64,000 bases of DNA, taken from contig NC_043001.1 in the NCBI RefSeq assembly GCF_006345805.1, forward strand, positions 67,084,001 to 67,148,000, given 5' to 3'. This document shows, one piece after another, positions 51,995 to 64,000 of the stretch (the first letter of the stretch is position 1; every line of letters starts with the position of its first letter). Source of the DNA: Octopus sinensis. Its lineage: Eukaryota. Under the pieces are notes generated by a model. That model was not told where the DNA came from. It made no database searches and saw nothing but the letters and a program-made list of their open reading frames with translations. Both the position numbers and the translations under genes were made by a program.

Positions 51995-52225
51995 TAGCTA
52001 TTTCGCTTTCAGATTACTCTGTTAAATGTAATGCTTATTTATTTACATTATTTTGAAATTAATTCTGCATTATATCTTCAAGATTTCAATGATGTATATT
52101 TTGATGATGTATACTTTAGAATGACATTCTAGGGTAGGTATAAGAGGCCAAATCTGGTCAGTTTGAACATAAAACAAGTAGAGTATTTGTATCGGATATG
52201 GCAGCTTTAAATGCTAAAGGGTGAA
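51995..52225. mobile_element. piggyBac-like MITE (family also at ~14697-14790)
   Basis: cctttagc...gctaaagg termini. The internal sequence is shared with the 14697 copy, which starts TTAACCCTTTAGC. Confidence 0.55.
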
Positions 52226-52557
52226 CTAACAAAGACAAAATCATAATGAATAGTCTTTCTTGGAACCTGAAATACTTAATTTCCAGATATCTCTTAACTC
52301 TAGACAAAGTTCAAGTGAGTCCCACGATGGAGTGTTGTTCTCACAAATGGGACATTGCTTTTGCTACAATATTCAGACATCTTAGACCAAATACAAACTA
52401 AAACTACCTGATAAAAGAAATTTTTTGGTAGAATGTAAGAAATCATTGTACAAAATGATTTCCAACATTGACACAAATTATGGAATCTGATGGCAGGTTG
52501 GAATAGCAGATTAAAGAATCCAATTCACATCTGAAGGGTAAACTGGACTGTTACAGT

Positions 52558-52893
52558 CAGTAGTGGACTGGGTCTAGAAATATTGGTTGCCCGGAGACTA
52601 AGGGGGCCCAATTGCAACTACAAGGGGGCCCACCCACAACTACAATGGGGGCTCATACACAACTACAATGCTATCATTTAATTTTTTCTTTTATAAAAAG
52701 TATTCTTTTCAACTATCTACAAACACAGCCAGGCTGAAATGATTAATGCATTCTTCCAGCAGTGAATAAAAAATTCTCAAACGTGAAGGGATAGGACCCT
52801 TAGATACTAGCATGGGCTCCCATATATGGATTCTAATGGTGCAGGGGCCCACTTGCTATCGAGCAAGCTGGCAACTTGGCCAGTCCGCCACTG
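52558..52893. mobile_element. hAT-type MITE
   Basis: 14-bp imperfect TIR cagtagtggactgg/ccagtccgccactg. 8-bp TSD gttacagt (52550-57)/gtgacagt (52894-901). Confidence 0.8.
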
Positions 52894-53594
52894 GTGACAG
52901 TATTTGAACTGGGGGTTTAGTAAAATGTAACTAACCACGATGTAACAGTTTGTAGCTTTTGGTTTTAATAACTCTGGTTGCCAAATGAATGAGACAAATG
53001 ATTTTATGATTCACCTACTAAAGGCAAATGAGACAGTTCTGTAGAGAGAAAAACAGGTGGATTGGCAGAACAGTTAGAGGACCAGGTAGAAAGCAATATA
53101 TTTGTTCTGACTCTCCCCACTCCAAGTTCAAATCCCACTGAGGTCAACTTTGCTTTTTATTATTTCAAAGTTGATAAATAAAATACCACCCATGTATAGG
53201 AGTTGGTTCTCTATTCTTCTTCCTTGCATTATAAGGTCTATCTTTGTCACATTCGGTCCAAGAATTACGTTTTTGGATACTCAGTCATTAATGCTGCCAA
53301 CAGGAATTCAGTTGACCGAACAACTGAATGCTCATCATCTCTAAACTTGTTAAAAATAGCAGCCAAACCTCCCTCAAACCATACATCTATCATCTTAAAA
53401 ATAGACGGACAAATTCGACAACAAATTCCTCAAAGTGGTACTCCAGTATGGCAACAGTTTAATGACTGAAACATGTAAAAGAAAAGAAACAAAGAAAACT
53501 GAATAACATAATCTTAGATATATTTTTGATAAGACTGGAAGTTCACAACTGGACCCCCTATGGTCATAGGTCTACATGGCAGAGGCTAACCACC

Positions 53595-53626
<32 letters not shown>

Positions 53627-55454
53627 CAAACTGGTTAATTCTACAGTTGTGTACCTTACTATATACAATGTTTTGTTGTACCCCACCCCTTGTTTTATAG
53701 CTAGGTGGATAGAAGGTTAGTGATAGAAGCCATCGACTTGTCTGATGATAGATTGCACTGCATGGGAGGGTTTGAGGTTGATAAAAGAATTAAACGTTGA
53801 TGGTGTGACGTGGTGGGGGTGGGATGTCAGTAATGAGAACGAAGCGGGGTGGGGGACGCCAGAACTAGAACGTTGTGATTCAACAACAGTATATATTATA
53901 ACCAGCAGTGATGTGAGAGTTACGTCCCCTGACTGTGATGCTAACAATAAATCCATCCATTTTCTCCACACACCATTCCTGGTAGGGTCGTGGAGGTAGA
54001 GTCCTCAAGCACCTCCTATCAGTCTCTGGAGTAACATTAATTGAGTGGGTGTGAAGCTCAAATGTAAAGTAGTCGCTCCAGCTTGAGCCACTACTTCTCT
54101 GCATTGACAAGTCACAACTTTGGTACTATGAACATGATGATAGATGTATGTGTATATATGTGTATATGTGCAAATACATCAGCCTATCAGAAGCAACCGT
54201 CAACAGACTTCCTTGCTGGTTTCCCAAGGGTGACCATCTGAGAGTATGGTCTTGGTCTACATCAGTGTTTCTCAACCGTTTTTACCTGTGGACCCCCTTT
54301 GATTCCTATTTGACTCGGATGGACCTTCATAGTCATTCGATGTTTAAAAAATTCCTATTATATTTTTATAATTAAATATTATTAGGAATTGTATAAGAAA
54401 AAGTGTTAAGATATTTTGTGTATTGTAGAGATATAACCAGTTTATTGCAGATAAATTTTAACAAAATCTTATACAGATTTTTTACCCCTTATCAATGCAG
54501 AGCAGCCGAGGGGCAAATACTCTGAAACTAGTCTGCAGATGCCTGACCAGCAAGGGGAAGTGGCTGACTTCCCCTGTTCGAACGTTATAATGGACACAGG
54601 TTCGTGTGTCACATAACTAGCTAGAGGCGATGGCCTCTTGGAGCTAATCAACGGCAGCATTCGTCCTATATTTCTGGACTGCCATATTAGCTTGGCGATA
54701 ACTATATATATATCATCATCATCACCGTTTAACGTCTGCTTTCCATGCTAGCATGGATTGGACATATGACTGAGGGCTGGCGAACCAGATGGCTGCACCA
54801 GGCTTCAATCTTGATCTGGCAGAGTTTCTACAGCTGCATGCCCTTCCTAATGCCAACCATTCTGAGAGTGTAGTGGGTGCTTTTACGTGCCAGTCAGGCA
54901 GCACTGGCAACGATCTCACTTGAATCTTTTACACATGCCACCGGGATGGGTGCCAGTAAGGCGATGCTGGTAACGATCATGCTTGAATGGCGTCTTTTAC
55001 ATGTCATCGGCACGGAGGCCAGATAGCCGCACTGGCAATGATCACGCTCAGATGGTGCTCTTAATACCCTACTAGCATAGGGCTTGAGTGCCAGTAATGT
55101 GACGCTGGTAACGATCACGCTTGAATGGTGCCTTTTAAGTGCCACCAGCATGGAAGCCGGTTAGCTGCTCTGTCAATGATCACACTCGTATGGTGCTCTT
55201 TGCACCCTGCTAGCATGGACACCAGTCATCGAATTTGATTTTGATTTCTAATTTCACTTGCCTCAACAGGTCTTTGTAAGCAGAGTTTTAGTGTCCAAAG
55301 AAGGAAAAGGTACGTATAAGTGGGCTGGTAACGCCTCTGGCATAGGCCACGAGATTATTGTCTCATTTAGCTTGTTGGGTCTCCTCACGCACGGCATATT
55401 TCCAAAAGTCTTGGTCACTAGTGAAGTCTTGGTGTATATATATATATATATATA

Positions 55455-55614
55455 TCTGTAAAATAATATGACAATTATTCAATACCCAAGATAAAACTCT
55501 GAGTTTCGGATACCGAGGTGGAAATCCACAACACCATCTCTTTGGTTATCTGGCATCCGAAACTCAGAGTTTTATCTTGGCTATTGAATAATTGTCACAT
55601 ATTATTTTACAGAT
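55455..55614. repeat. Near-perfect hairpin, ~60-bp arms, ~38-nt loop
   Basis: tctgtaaaataatatg..ctctgagtttcggat pairs with atccgaaactcagag..catattattttacaga, with about 2 mismatches and a 2-nt indel. Confidence 0.9.
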
Positions 55615-56973
55615 AAATTTTCCATTTACATAATATTGAGGTTTCTTTCTTTCTTTTGTTATCTTACTGTTTTTACCAATATATATATATATATATTGGT
55701 AAAAATGGTATTTTACAGATATATATATGTATATATATATATTATATATATATATATATATAGTAACTTCTATGCTGGAGTGAGACAGCATGTTCTTTGT
55801 TTATCTCCTTAACTTCTTGGAAATTTTAGGTATAATTATACAAATGTGTCCATCTGTTCTAATTTAATTAAATTCTATGTCTTTGTTCAGCTGAAGATTG
55901 CTCTGCATTTTAAATTTATGTAATGATTGCATTGTTCAATTAAATGGAGTTGCATGAAACGATCGTACTGTAATACCTCTGGATATCCTTGTTGCTTATT
56001 TTGATATATATATATAAATATATATATATATATCTACATATAAAGGAGAATTACAGATATATATATATATACTCTCTCTCTCTTTTACTCTTTTACTTGT
56101 TTCAGTCAGTTTGACTGCAGCCACGCTGGAGCACCGCCTTTAGTTGAGCAAATCGACCCTAGGACTTATTCTATCGGTCTCTTTTGCCAAATCGCTAAGT
56201 TACGGGGATGCAAACACACCACCATCGGTTGTCAGGCGATGTTGTGTGTGTGTGTGGGGGGGGACAAACACAGACACACAAACATATACACACACATACA
56301 TAGATATATCATCATCATCATCATCATCATTTAGCGTCCGTTTTCCATGCTAGCATGGGTTGGACGGTTCTACTGGGGTCTGTGAAGCCAGAAGGCTTCA
56401 TCAGGCCCAGTCAAATCTGGCAGTGTTTCTACGGCTGGATGCCCTTCCTAACGCCAACCACTCCGTGAGTGTAGTGGGTGCTTTTTACGTGCCACCCGCA
56501 CTGGTGCCAGACAGAGCTGGCAAACGGCCACGAACGGATGGTGCTTTTTATGTGCCACCGGCACGAGGGCCAGGCGAGGCTGGCAACGGACACGAAATAC
56601 GACGGGCTTCTTTCAGTTTCCGTCTAATAAATCCACTCACAAGACTTTGGTCGACTTGAGGCTATAGTAGAAGACACTTGCCCAAGTTGCCACACAACCA
56701 CTCCTGTGCCTATATATATATATATATATATATATGTCTGTATGAATTAGAGGTTAAGCAACCATCTAAAGGATAATAAATATCCAATATACTACTGGAT
56801 GTATACCTACGTGTTTATAACCAAGTGCTTACTATTGCAGTTGAATATTAGGTATGAGTGGGGGTAAAACAGAAATTTACCCAGAATTTATAAGGCAAAT
56901 AAGAAAATGGAGAGGATAAACAAGTGACAAACATCTGCCTGTAAACATTTAATTATATCTATTTATTAATTGA

Positions 56974-57339
56974 CTAGCAGTATCGCCCGGCGTTGCTCGG
57001 GTTTGTAAGGGAAATAACTATAAAGCATCTTTAGAGAGTTATAGCCAAAAAATAGAAAAAAAATTATGGTAAATTTATTTTTGAGAGTTAAAAAGGTCGA
57101 GTTGCGTCCCCTAGACAGTCTGTGGTTTGTGTTTCTGATTGTCGACCCCATGTCGAATTTATCGATTTTTTTCAGAACTGGGGGAACTTTTCAAACTTTT
57201 CGCTGCGTTAGTTTTGAATTATGACATTGGGCTATGTGTGTGTCAAGTTTCATCAGAATCGGTTGAAAGCCATGGTCAGGGTGAGGGTACAACATGACAG
57301 ACACACACACAGACAAACTGCCGTTTATATATAGAGAGA
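56974..57339 (-). mobile_element. Non-autonomous Helitron
   Basis: On the minus strand, A|TCTCTCTATATATAAA start and cccgagcaacgccggg hairpin plus CTAG|T end. The last ~70 nt are shared with 48160-48231. Confidence 0.85.
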
Positions 57340-57419
57340 TTACAATCATATGTATAAGTGATCAAAATAAATGAATGAAATAAGCAAATAAACAAATAAA
57401 TAAATAAAAAAAATAAATG

Positions 57420-57830
57420 AGTAGGCACAGAAGTGGCTGTGTGGTAAGTAGCTTGCTAACCAATCACATGGTTCCAGGTTCAGTGTCACTGTATGGTAAC
57501 TTGGGCAAGTGTCTTCTACTATAGCCTCGGGCTGACCAAAGCCTTGTGAGTGGATTTGGTAGGCCGAAACTGAAAGAAGCCCATTGTATATATATATATG
57601 TATGTGTGTGTATATGTTTGTGTGTGTGTGTCCCCCAACATCGCTTGACATTGATGCTGGTGTGTTTACGTCCCTGTAACTTAGCGGCTCGGCATAAGAG
57701 ACCGATAGAATAAATACTAGGCTAACAAAGAATAAGTCCTGGGGTTGATTTGCTTGACTAAAGGTGGTGCTTCAGCATGGCTGCAGTCAAAATGACTGGA
57801 GTGACTAAAAGAATAAAAAAAAGAATAAGA
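57420..57830 (+). mobile_element. tRNA-derived SINE, full length
   Basis: Same head, core and tail as 8946-9348. Confidence 0.85.
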
Positions 57831-57955
57831 ATAAATGAGTGAACAAATATTAAACTCTTACAGCTGTTTCTACCATGGGGTTGTCCAATCTGCCAAGTAT
57901 TCCACATCATGCCAGTGATATACCTCCATTTTCTTATTTGCCTTATATATACATG

Positions 57956-58001
<46 letters not shown>

Positions 58002-58011
58002 ATATATATAT

Positions 58012-58865
58012 GTAATAACAAAATAATAAATAAAACATATGCATATATACATACATATATGTACATACCTACATCTATATGTATATATACATGCATATAT
58101 GGGTGCAGGACACCCAAAAAATGTCAAACACAATGAGAAATGAAAACATAAAAACAATACCATGGAAACAGACTTTTTTCAAACAACGAAAAAACAGAGT
58201 ACAAGATATACAACACAAGGAATATTCCCCTTCTTCAGCTGACCCTGCTTCATCTACTCCGTGTTTCGAAGGTAAGGGCAAGACACGACTTCATTGTAAC
58301 AGTCCTTCCCGCAAAGCAAATTAAATAAAATTTGGGATCTTTTGCAGAGGGGTAAAAGTGGTAACAAGAACAGGACAGTAAAAACAATACAAATAAAAAC
58401 AGTAAAAGACAGGACAAGGAGAATAACACAGTAAAAACAAACGGTAAGGGCTGTGAAGCCGAAACGAAAGGAAAAATTATTTTGAACGCTTTGAGAGAAC
58501 GGATTAGAGAGAGACAGGAAAGCCATCTACACTTGTTGAAGGCAGTAGTCAGAAAGAAAGTAGCCCTCTGGTCACATATCAGCGACGAGAGGGAGGAGGA
58601 GGAGTAAGAGAAAAGGAACGGTGAAAGGGAGAGAAGAAGAATAGGGAAGGGTGGTAGAGAAAACCAGAAAGAATGAAGAATAAGAGAGGGAGATAGACAG
58701 TAAAGAGTTAAGAGTGCGCATCATAATTATAAAGATAAAACTTACTTGGAAGTGGATGCGTGACGTTCAATCATATAATAACAAAATAATAAATAAAACA
58801 TATGCATATATATATACATACATATATGTACATACCTACATCTATATGTATATATGCATGCATAT
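58012..58865. repeat. ~85-bp direct repeats (58012-58097, 58777-58865) flanking an unclassified ~680-bp insert
   Basis: aataacaaaataataaataaaacatatgcatata...catacctacatctatatgtatata occurs twice. Confidence 0.8.
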
Positions 58866-59241
58866 ATCAATCGGAGCCTGGTGCAGCCTTCTGGTTTGCT
58901 AGCCCTCAGTCAAACCGTCCAACCCATGCCAGCATGGAAAGTGGACATTAAACGGCAATGATGATGATACATATAACTATACACATACATACATACATAT
59001 ATATATATATATGTTTTACAAAGGATTTCTACATGACACAGGAAAAAGAATGATCTTTGGTGACAAACAATACCTGAAGAAACATATACAAAACAAGAAG
59101 ACAAATATAATAATTACAAATAACAATGGAGAAGAGACTATGAGAAAAAGAGCACAAGGAGGAAGACAATAAACAAATAAAAGTTAGTAAAACAAAAAAT
59201 ATATGTATATATATATATATATAAAACAAAAGTATATTTAC

Positions 59242-59330
59242 CCTCAAGCGTACAGCTAAAACAATGAAGACAATAATAAGAATGACTGCCAATGAAGACG
59301 AAATCACAGCACCGATAGTGTAAGGAGAAA
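59242..59330 (-). CDS. RTK-like transmembrane exon (SPYTIGAVISSSLAVILIIVFIVLAVRLR)
   Basis: Acceptor ctcatttccag|TT, donor AGG|gtaaat. 89 nt, phase 1 to 0. About 22 hydrophobic residues followed by RLR. Confidence 0.88.
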
Positions 59331-59779
59331 CTGGAAATGAGAAGACAAAATTAAATGGTTGTTAGAAATTTGCTACAGGGAAGAAATTTGTAACATTATG
59401 TTTACAGCATCTCTCTACAAACATCTGTTATTGTCTATATGTTTACACCATTAATCAACACACATCTGTTATTGTTTATATGTATAATGAGTGAACATGG
59501 GATCTCCTAATGATAATGTAAACTTCATATAATAAAAATGAATAATAGCTGGTGGTTTACTCCTTGTTTGGATAATCTACTGCTTCTGAGGAGTAAGTTG
59601 GCATTAGGATGAGCATCCATGCCACAACAGACAGTTGGAATCTGGACAGCTTCCTCCTAGCCAGCTGCATGTCAAGCCATATATATATACCTAATGTAGG
59701 ATAAAATTTTTTTCGGGAAAAAAATTTTATCAATCTCAAAAAAATACCTTTAAAGGTTATATTTATAAATAATTTATAA

Positions 59780-59823
<44 letters not shown>

Positions 59824-59964
59824 TATATATATATACACACACATATATATACACACATATATATACATACATATACATATATATACATACATATATTTAT
59901 ACATATATATATACATATACATACATATATACATATATATACATACATATATACATATATATAC

Positions 59965-60457
59965 ACGTAATCGTGCCGGTGGCACGTAAAAAGCACCATC
60001 CATTCGTGGCCGTTGCCAGCCTCGCCTGGCCCCTGAGCCGGTGGCACGTAAAAAAGCACAATCCGTTCGTGGCCGTTTGCCAGACTCATCTGGCACCACC
60101 ATCCGTTCGTGGCCGTTGTCAGCGTCGCCCCGACTGGCCTCGTGCCGGTGGCACGTAAAAAGCACCATCCGTTCGTGGCTGTTGTCAGCCTCGCCTGGCC
60201 CCGTGCCGGTGGCAGGTAAAAAAGCACCATCCGTCCGTGGCCGTTTGCCAGCTCCGTCTGGCACCTGTGCGGGTGGCACATAAAAAGCACCACTACACTC
60301 ACAGAGTGGTTGGCGTTAGGAAGGGCATCCAGCCGTAGAAACACTGCCAGATCAGACTGGGCCTGATGCAGCCTTCTGGCTTCACAGACCCCAGTTGAAC
60401 TGTCCAACCCATGCTACCATGGAAAGCGTACGCTAAATGATGATGATGATGATGATG
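59965..60457 (+). mobile_element. RTE 3' UTR fragment with expanded internal sub-repeats and (GAT)n tail
   Basis: Repeated gtgccggtggcacgtaaaaagcaccatccgttcgtggccgttg units, as at 1560-1760. Confidence 0.85.
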
Positions 60458-60484
60458 ATACATATACATACATATATATATATA

Positions 60485-60534
<50 letters not shown>

Positions 60535-60540
60535 TATATA

Positions 60541-60886
60541 CAAATAAGAAAATGGAGGAACAGATTCATTGCAATCATCGACTTACAGATATTACCAATT
60601 CATATTATTTATTAACTACATAAATAGGAACATCCAAATCCAACAAAATAAAACAATATACATCAATAAGTAAGATAATACCATAAAAATAATACACATA
60701 AAATAGATCTTACAGCTGTTTCAGCCTGTAGATAAGGTATCTCATTCTGCCTATATTAGTCAGATGTATTGAGGTAATATGCAGTTAAAAATGAGTATAT
60801 ATCTCAAGGCCTCGTCAGAGATTATAAAGTACAAATATAAAAATATAAAATGCAAATATAGATATGAAACAAAATACACTACACAA

Positions 60887-60931
<45 letters not shown>

Positions 60932-61280
60932 TATATATACATATATATAAGTATATATATAATAATATACATACACATAAGGTTACAGATAATCAAATAT
61001 ATATACTGGAGTATGCATATACATCCACATAATAAATAATATGAATTGGTAATATCTGTAAGTCGATGATTGAAATGAATCTGTTCCTCCATTTTCTTAT
61101 TTGTATTATGAATTTGAGGTAAAATATTTTACCTTCGCCCATCTAATACAATAAATAAATTAATTGCATTGCAATTATAAGTTTTTGTGTATTTGCCTTT
61201 TGGGTGCTTCACCACCAGTATATTGGATAACTGATATCCCATAGTGGGTTACACTCATAACCCCTATCTCACTTTGTACA
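60541..61280. mobile_element. PLE-type terminal fragment in head-to-head (inverted) arrangement, with hammerhead
   Basis: 60541-60612 is an inverted copy of ~61031-61104. HHR on the minus strand at 60707-60822. The right part is homologous to 39950-40140. Confidence 0.78.
60707..60822 (-). ncRNA. Type I hammerhead ribozyme
   Basis: ATCT-CTGACGA-GGCCT..AGGCT-GAAA-CAGCTG-TA^AGAT. Predicted cleavage between 60711 and 60710. Confidence 0.83.
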
Positions 61281-61299
61281 CACATATATATATATATAC

Positions 61300-61384
<85 letters not shown>

Positions 61385-61386
61385 AC

Positions 61387-61421
<35 letters not shown>

Positions 61422-61528
61422 CATATATACATATATATATACATATATATATACATATATCTATACATACATATATACATACATATATACATACATATAT
61501 ATATATATAATATATATATATGTATATA

Positions 61529-61639
<111 letters not shown>

Positions 61640-61655
61640 CGTATATATATATATG

Positions 61656-61693
<38 letters not shown>

Positions 61694-61811
61694 TATACAC
61701 ACATATATATATATATAGTTAAACCAAACAAGAAAGCACAAAAAAACACAACGCGAGGACGTGGAACAAATATAGTATTATGGATGCTCAGGAAAGAAGG
61801 AAAGAAGGAGG

Positions 61812-61846
61812 GTTTAACGTTTCGAGCGGGGCTCTTCGTCGGAAAC
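61812..61846 (-). ncRNA. 35-nt minimal hammerhead motif with U4>C
   Basis: GTTT-CCGACGA-A-GAGC ccc GCTC-GAAA-CG-TT^AAAC. All helices pair; extra A after A9; palindromic AACGTT. Confidence 0.6.
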
Positions 61847-61924
61847 ATAAGAAAAGGACAGATTCAGAGAAGGGAAGTCAGAGGAAGAAAAAAAAATCGC
61901 CAACGGTACACACGAGGTCATGTG

Positions 61925-61956
<32 letters not shown>

Positions 61957-61966
61957 CATATATATA

Positions 61967-62365
61967 CTCTTTTACTCTTTTATTTGCTTCAGTCATTTGA
62001 CTGCGGCCATGTTGGAGCACCGCCTTTAGTCGAGCAAATCGACCCCGGGACTTATTCTTTGTAAGCCCAGTACTTATTCTATCGGTCTCTTTTGCTGAAC
62101 CGCTAAGTCACGGGGATGTAAACACACCAGCATCGGTTGTCAAGCAATGCTAGGGGGACAAACACAGACACACAAACACACATATATATATACATATATA
62201 CGACAGGCTTCTTTCAATTTCCGTCTACCAAATCCACTCACAAGGCATTGGTCGGCCCGGGGCTATAGCAGAAGACACTTTCCCAAGATGCCACGCAGTG
62301 GGACTGAGCCCGGAACCATGTGGTTTGTTAGCAAGCTACTTACCACACAGCCACTCCTGTATATG

Positions 62366-62426
<61 letters not shown>

Positions 62427-62820
62427 GGGCGCAGGAGTGGATGTGTGGTAAGTAGCTTGTTTACCAACCACATGGTTCCGGGTTCAGTCCCATTGCACGG
62501 CACCTTGGGCAAGTGTCTTCTACTATAGCCTCGGGCCGACCAAAGCCTTGTGAGTGGATTTGGAAGACGGAAAGTGAAAGAAGCCTGTCGTATATATGTA
62601 TATATATGTATGTGCGTGCGTGTTTGTGTGTCTGTCCCCCTAGCATTACTTGACAACTGATGCTGGTGTGTTTATGTCCCCGTTACTTAGCGGTTCGGCA
62701 AAAGAGACCGATAGAATAAGTACTGGGCTTACAAAAGAATAAGTCTCGGGGTCGAGTTGCTCGATTAAAGGTGGTGCTCCAGCATGGCCGCAGTCAAATG
62801 ACTGAAACAAGTAAAAGAGT
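61967..62820. mobile_element. Two full-length SINEs head-to-head (minus 61967-62359, plus 62432-62820) separated by (TA)n
   Basis: Both copies show the complete head, core and tail, in opposite orientations. Confidence 0.9.
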
Positions 62821-62946
62821 ATTTATATATATATATGTACATATATATGTATGTATATATGTATATATACATATGTATATATATGTATATGTATGTATAT
62901 ATATCTACATATATATATATGTAGATATATATATACATACATATAC

Positions 62947-62977
<31 letters not shown>

Positions 62978-63213
62978 CATATATATGTCCATATATATAT
63001 ATATATATATATATTTGAGTAGTTGAATGAATTATCTTATTATGGATAATTCAGTTAACCGATACCTGGGTAGCAAATTCACGTCAGTAAAACATGGTTG
63101 AAGCTACATGCCAAGGGCAGAGATCACGTGCTTTTGTGTGGAAATTTGTGTGTTTTTTTAATACAAATAAATGAAAGAATGGAGTTGAACGACGAATTAA
63201 CAAAATTCCTTTA

Positions 63214-63295
63214 TTCTCGACATATGTTTCGAAGGCTGTTATTCCTAATTTTGAAGAAATAAGGGGTGCATTATGCCGCCTTCTCATCAGGAAAA
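63214..63295 (-). ncRNA. Type I hammerhead ribozyme, fully canonical core
   Basis: TTTTC-CTGATGA-GAAGGC..GCCTTC-GAAA-CATATG-TC^GAGAA. Perfect 6-bp helix II, palindromic ACATATGT. Predicted cleavage between 63219 and 63218. Confidence 0.88.
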
Positions 63296-64000
63296 ACAAG
63301 GAACTTGTGTCAGCATCAAGATGAACAAAAACTTTTAGATGACTGCCCACACGGAGCCCATAGCGATAATAAGCATGGTGCCAGTAAAATCAACCTCAAA
63401 AGAATTGAAACTCAGAATGTAAAGACAGACAAAATGCCACTAATATTAGCAATGGCATTATATTCATGGTTCATGTCTTCTTTCTGAAACACGATTCATT
63501 TAAAATTCAACTAAAACAAAATGCAACTTTAAAATAATTTTTCATGACATGCATAAACCCCCATACACACACATAGAAGCACACATACACAAAAACAGTC
63601 CTTTCAACACATGCATAATTAATAATGCTTTCTCTTTAATATGTGTTTTTATTTTTGTAAATATATTTTACTAAAACAAATACACTCAATGAAAGGTTTG
63701 AATGGAAGCAAAATATGCAACCTCCAAATTTATTAAACACATTTGAGAAATACTGAATTTCTTGAGAATTTTCTTTTTCACAAGAACATATAGTGGTAAA
63801 AATATATATGTACATATGGAAGTATATAGCATGTGCATATATATGTTACTATTTTAATTTGAATGTGTTTGTATGTGTATACACTTACATACGCCATCAT
63901 TACCATCATCTTTTAATGTCTATCTTCCGTGTTGGGATGGGTTGGATGGTTTGACAGGATGTGATGGGTCCAAGGGGTGCATTGCGTTCCAGGGGCATGG

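Larger units (their letters stand above)
585..59330 (-). other. Gene span (partial): single-pass receptor tyrosine kinase-like pseudokinase, 9 exons identified
   Basis: GT-AG exons join in matching phases: TM (SPYTIGAVISSSLAVILIIVFIVLAVRLR), juxtamembrane, WEIPRR..IGKGVYTEVW..VAIK, FLEEMEVLK..HHNIIHLIGC, LIVLEYAAEGTLRNYL, LISYRLTSASVLV..RLTGFG, LPVRWMCPE..DVWAFGILLWEI, GLTPYP..GYRMPQPPQC. One junction (46475/46327) is unresolved. The ectodomain and C-terminal exons were not found in the window. Confidence 0.9.

Noticed and set aside
57850-57880. Half hammerhead (GAAA-CAGCTG-TA) on the minus strand
   Set aside because: The CUGANGA half is missing, so this is a truncated PLE end.
58225-58275. 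Minus-strand GAAA..GTC..CTGAAGA arrangement suggesting a type II hammerhead
   Set aside because: No room for helix I, and helices II and III do not pair.
59557-59672. Minus-strand ORF tail MQLARRKLSRFQLSVVAWMLILMPTYSSEAVDYPNK looks like a signal-peptide exon just upstream of the TM exon
   Set aside because: It contains tggatgctcatcctaatgccaac, a decayed copy of the RTE/SINE UTR motif. The only nearby donor (GA|gtaaac) is phase 2 and does not fit the phase-1 TM exon.
63396-63467. Minus-strand MNIMPLLILVAFCLSLHSEFQFF* with ACCATG context, signal-peptide-like
   Set aside because: No good phase-1 donor before the stop (only a weak GA|gtttca, phase 2), so it cannot be linked to the RTK.

Overview
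AT-rich eukaryotic DNA full of (TA)n, (CA)n and (ATT)n microsatellites. The SINE and RTE families suggest an octopus/cephalopod genome (inference). The one host gene I can support is on the minus strand: a single-pass receptor-tyrosine-kinase-like PSEUDOKINASE. I rebuilt it from 9 small exons between 59330 and 585 (TM exon, juxtamembrane exons, kinase subdomains I-X). The ectodomain exons were not identified, and the last kinase exon(s) lie left of position 1. VAIK and the alphaC Glu are kept, but HRDLAARN has become SYRLTSAS and DFG has become GFG. The introns hold RTE, Penelope-like (PLE), Tx1-like and CR1/L2-like retroelements, tRNA-derived SINEs, piggyBac, mariner, hAT and Sola-like DNA elements, and non-autonomous Helitrons. 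The most notable signal is a set of type I hammerhead ribozyme (HHR) motifs. One is a tandem array of ~394-bp monomers (40411-42060), each with a minimal HHR with a palindromic helix III on the host sense strand, resembling a non-LTR retrozyme that could yield circular RNA. There are also well-formed single HHRs (23555+, 60707-, 63214-) and several decayed ones. Other oddities: an intron-containing tRNA-Met fused to a 60-nt SINE/LINE tail, a perfect 101-bp-arm palindrome, an inverted repeat bracketing a kinase exon, a templated inverted insertion inside a SINE, and a tandem splice donor that may switch between full-length and kinase-less receptor. Everything was read by eye; no searches or folding programs were run.
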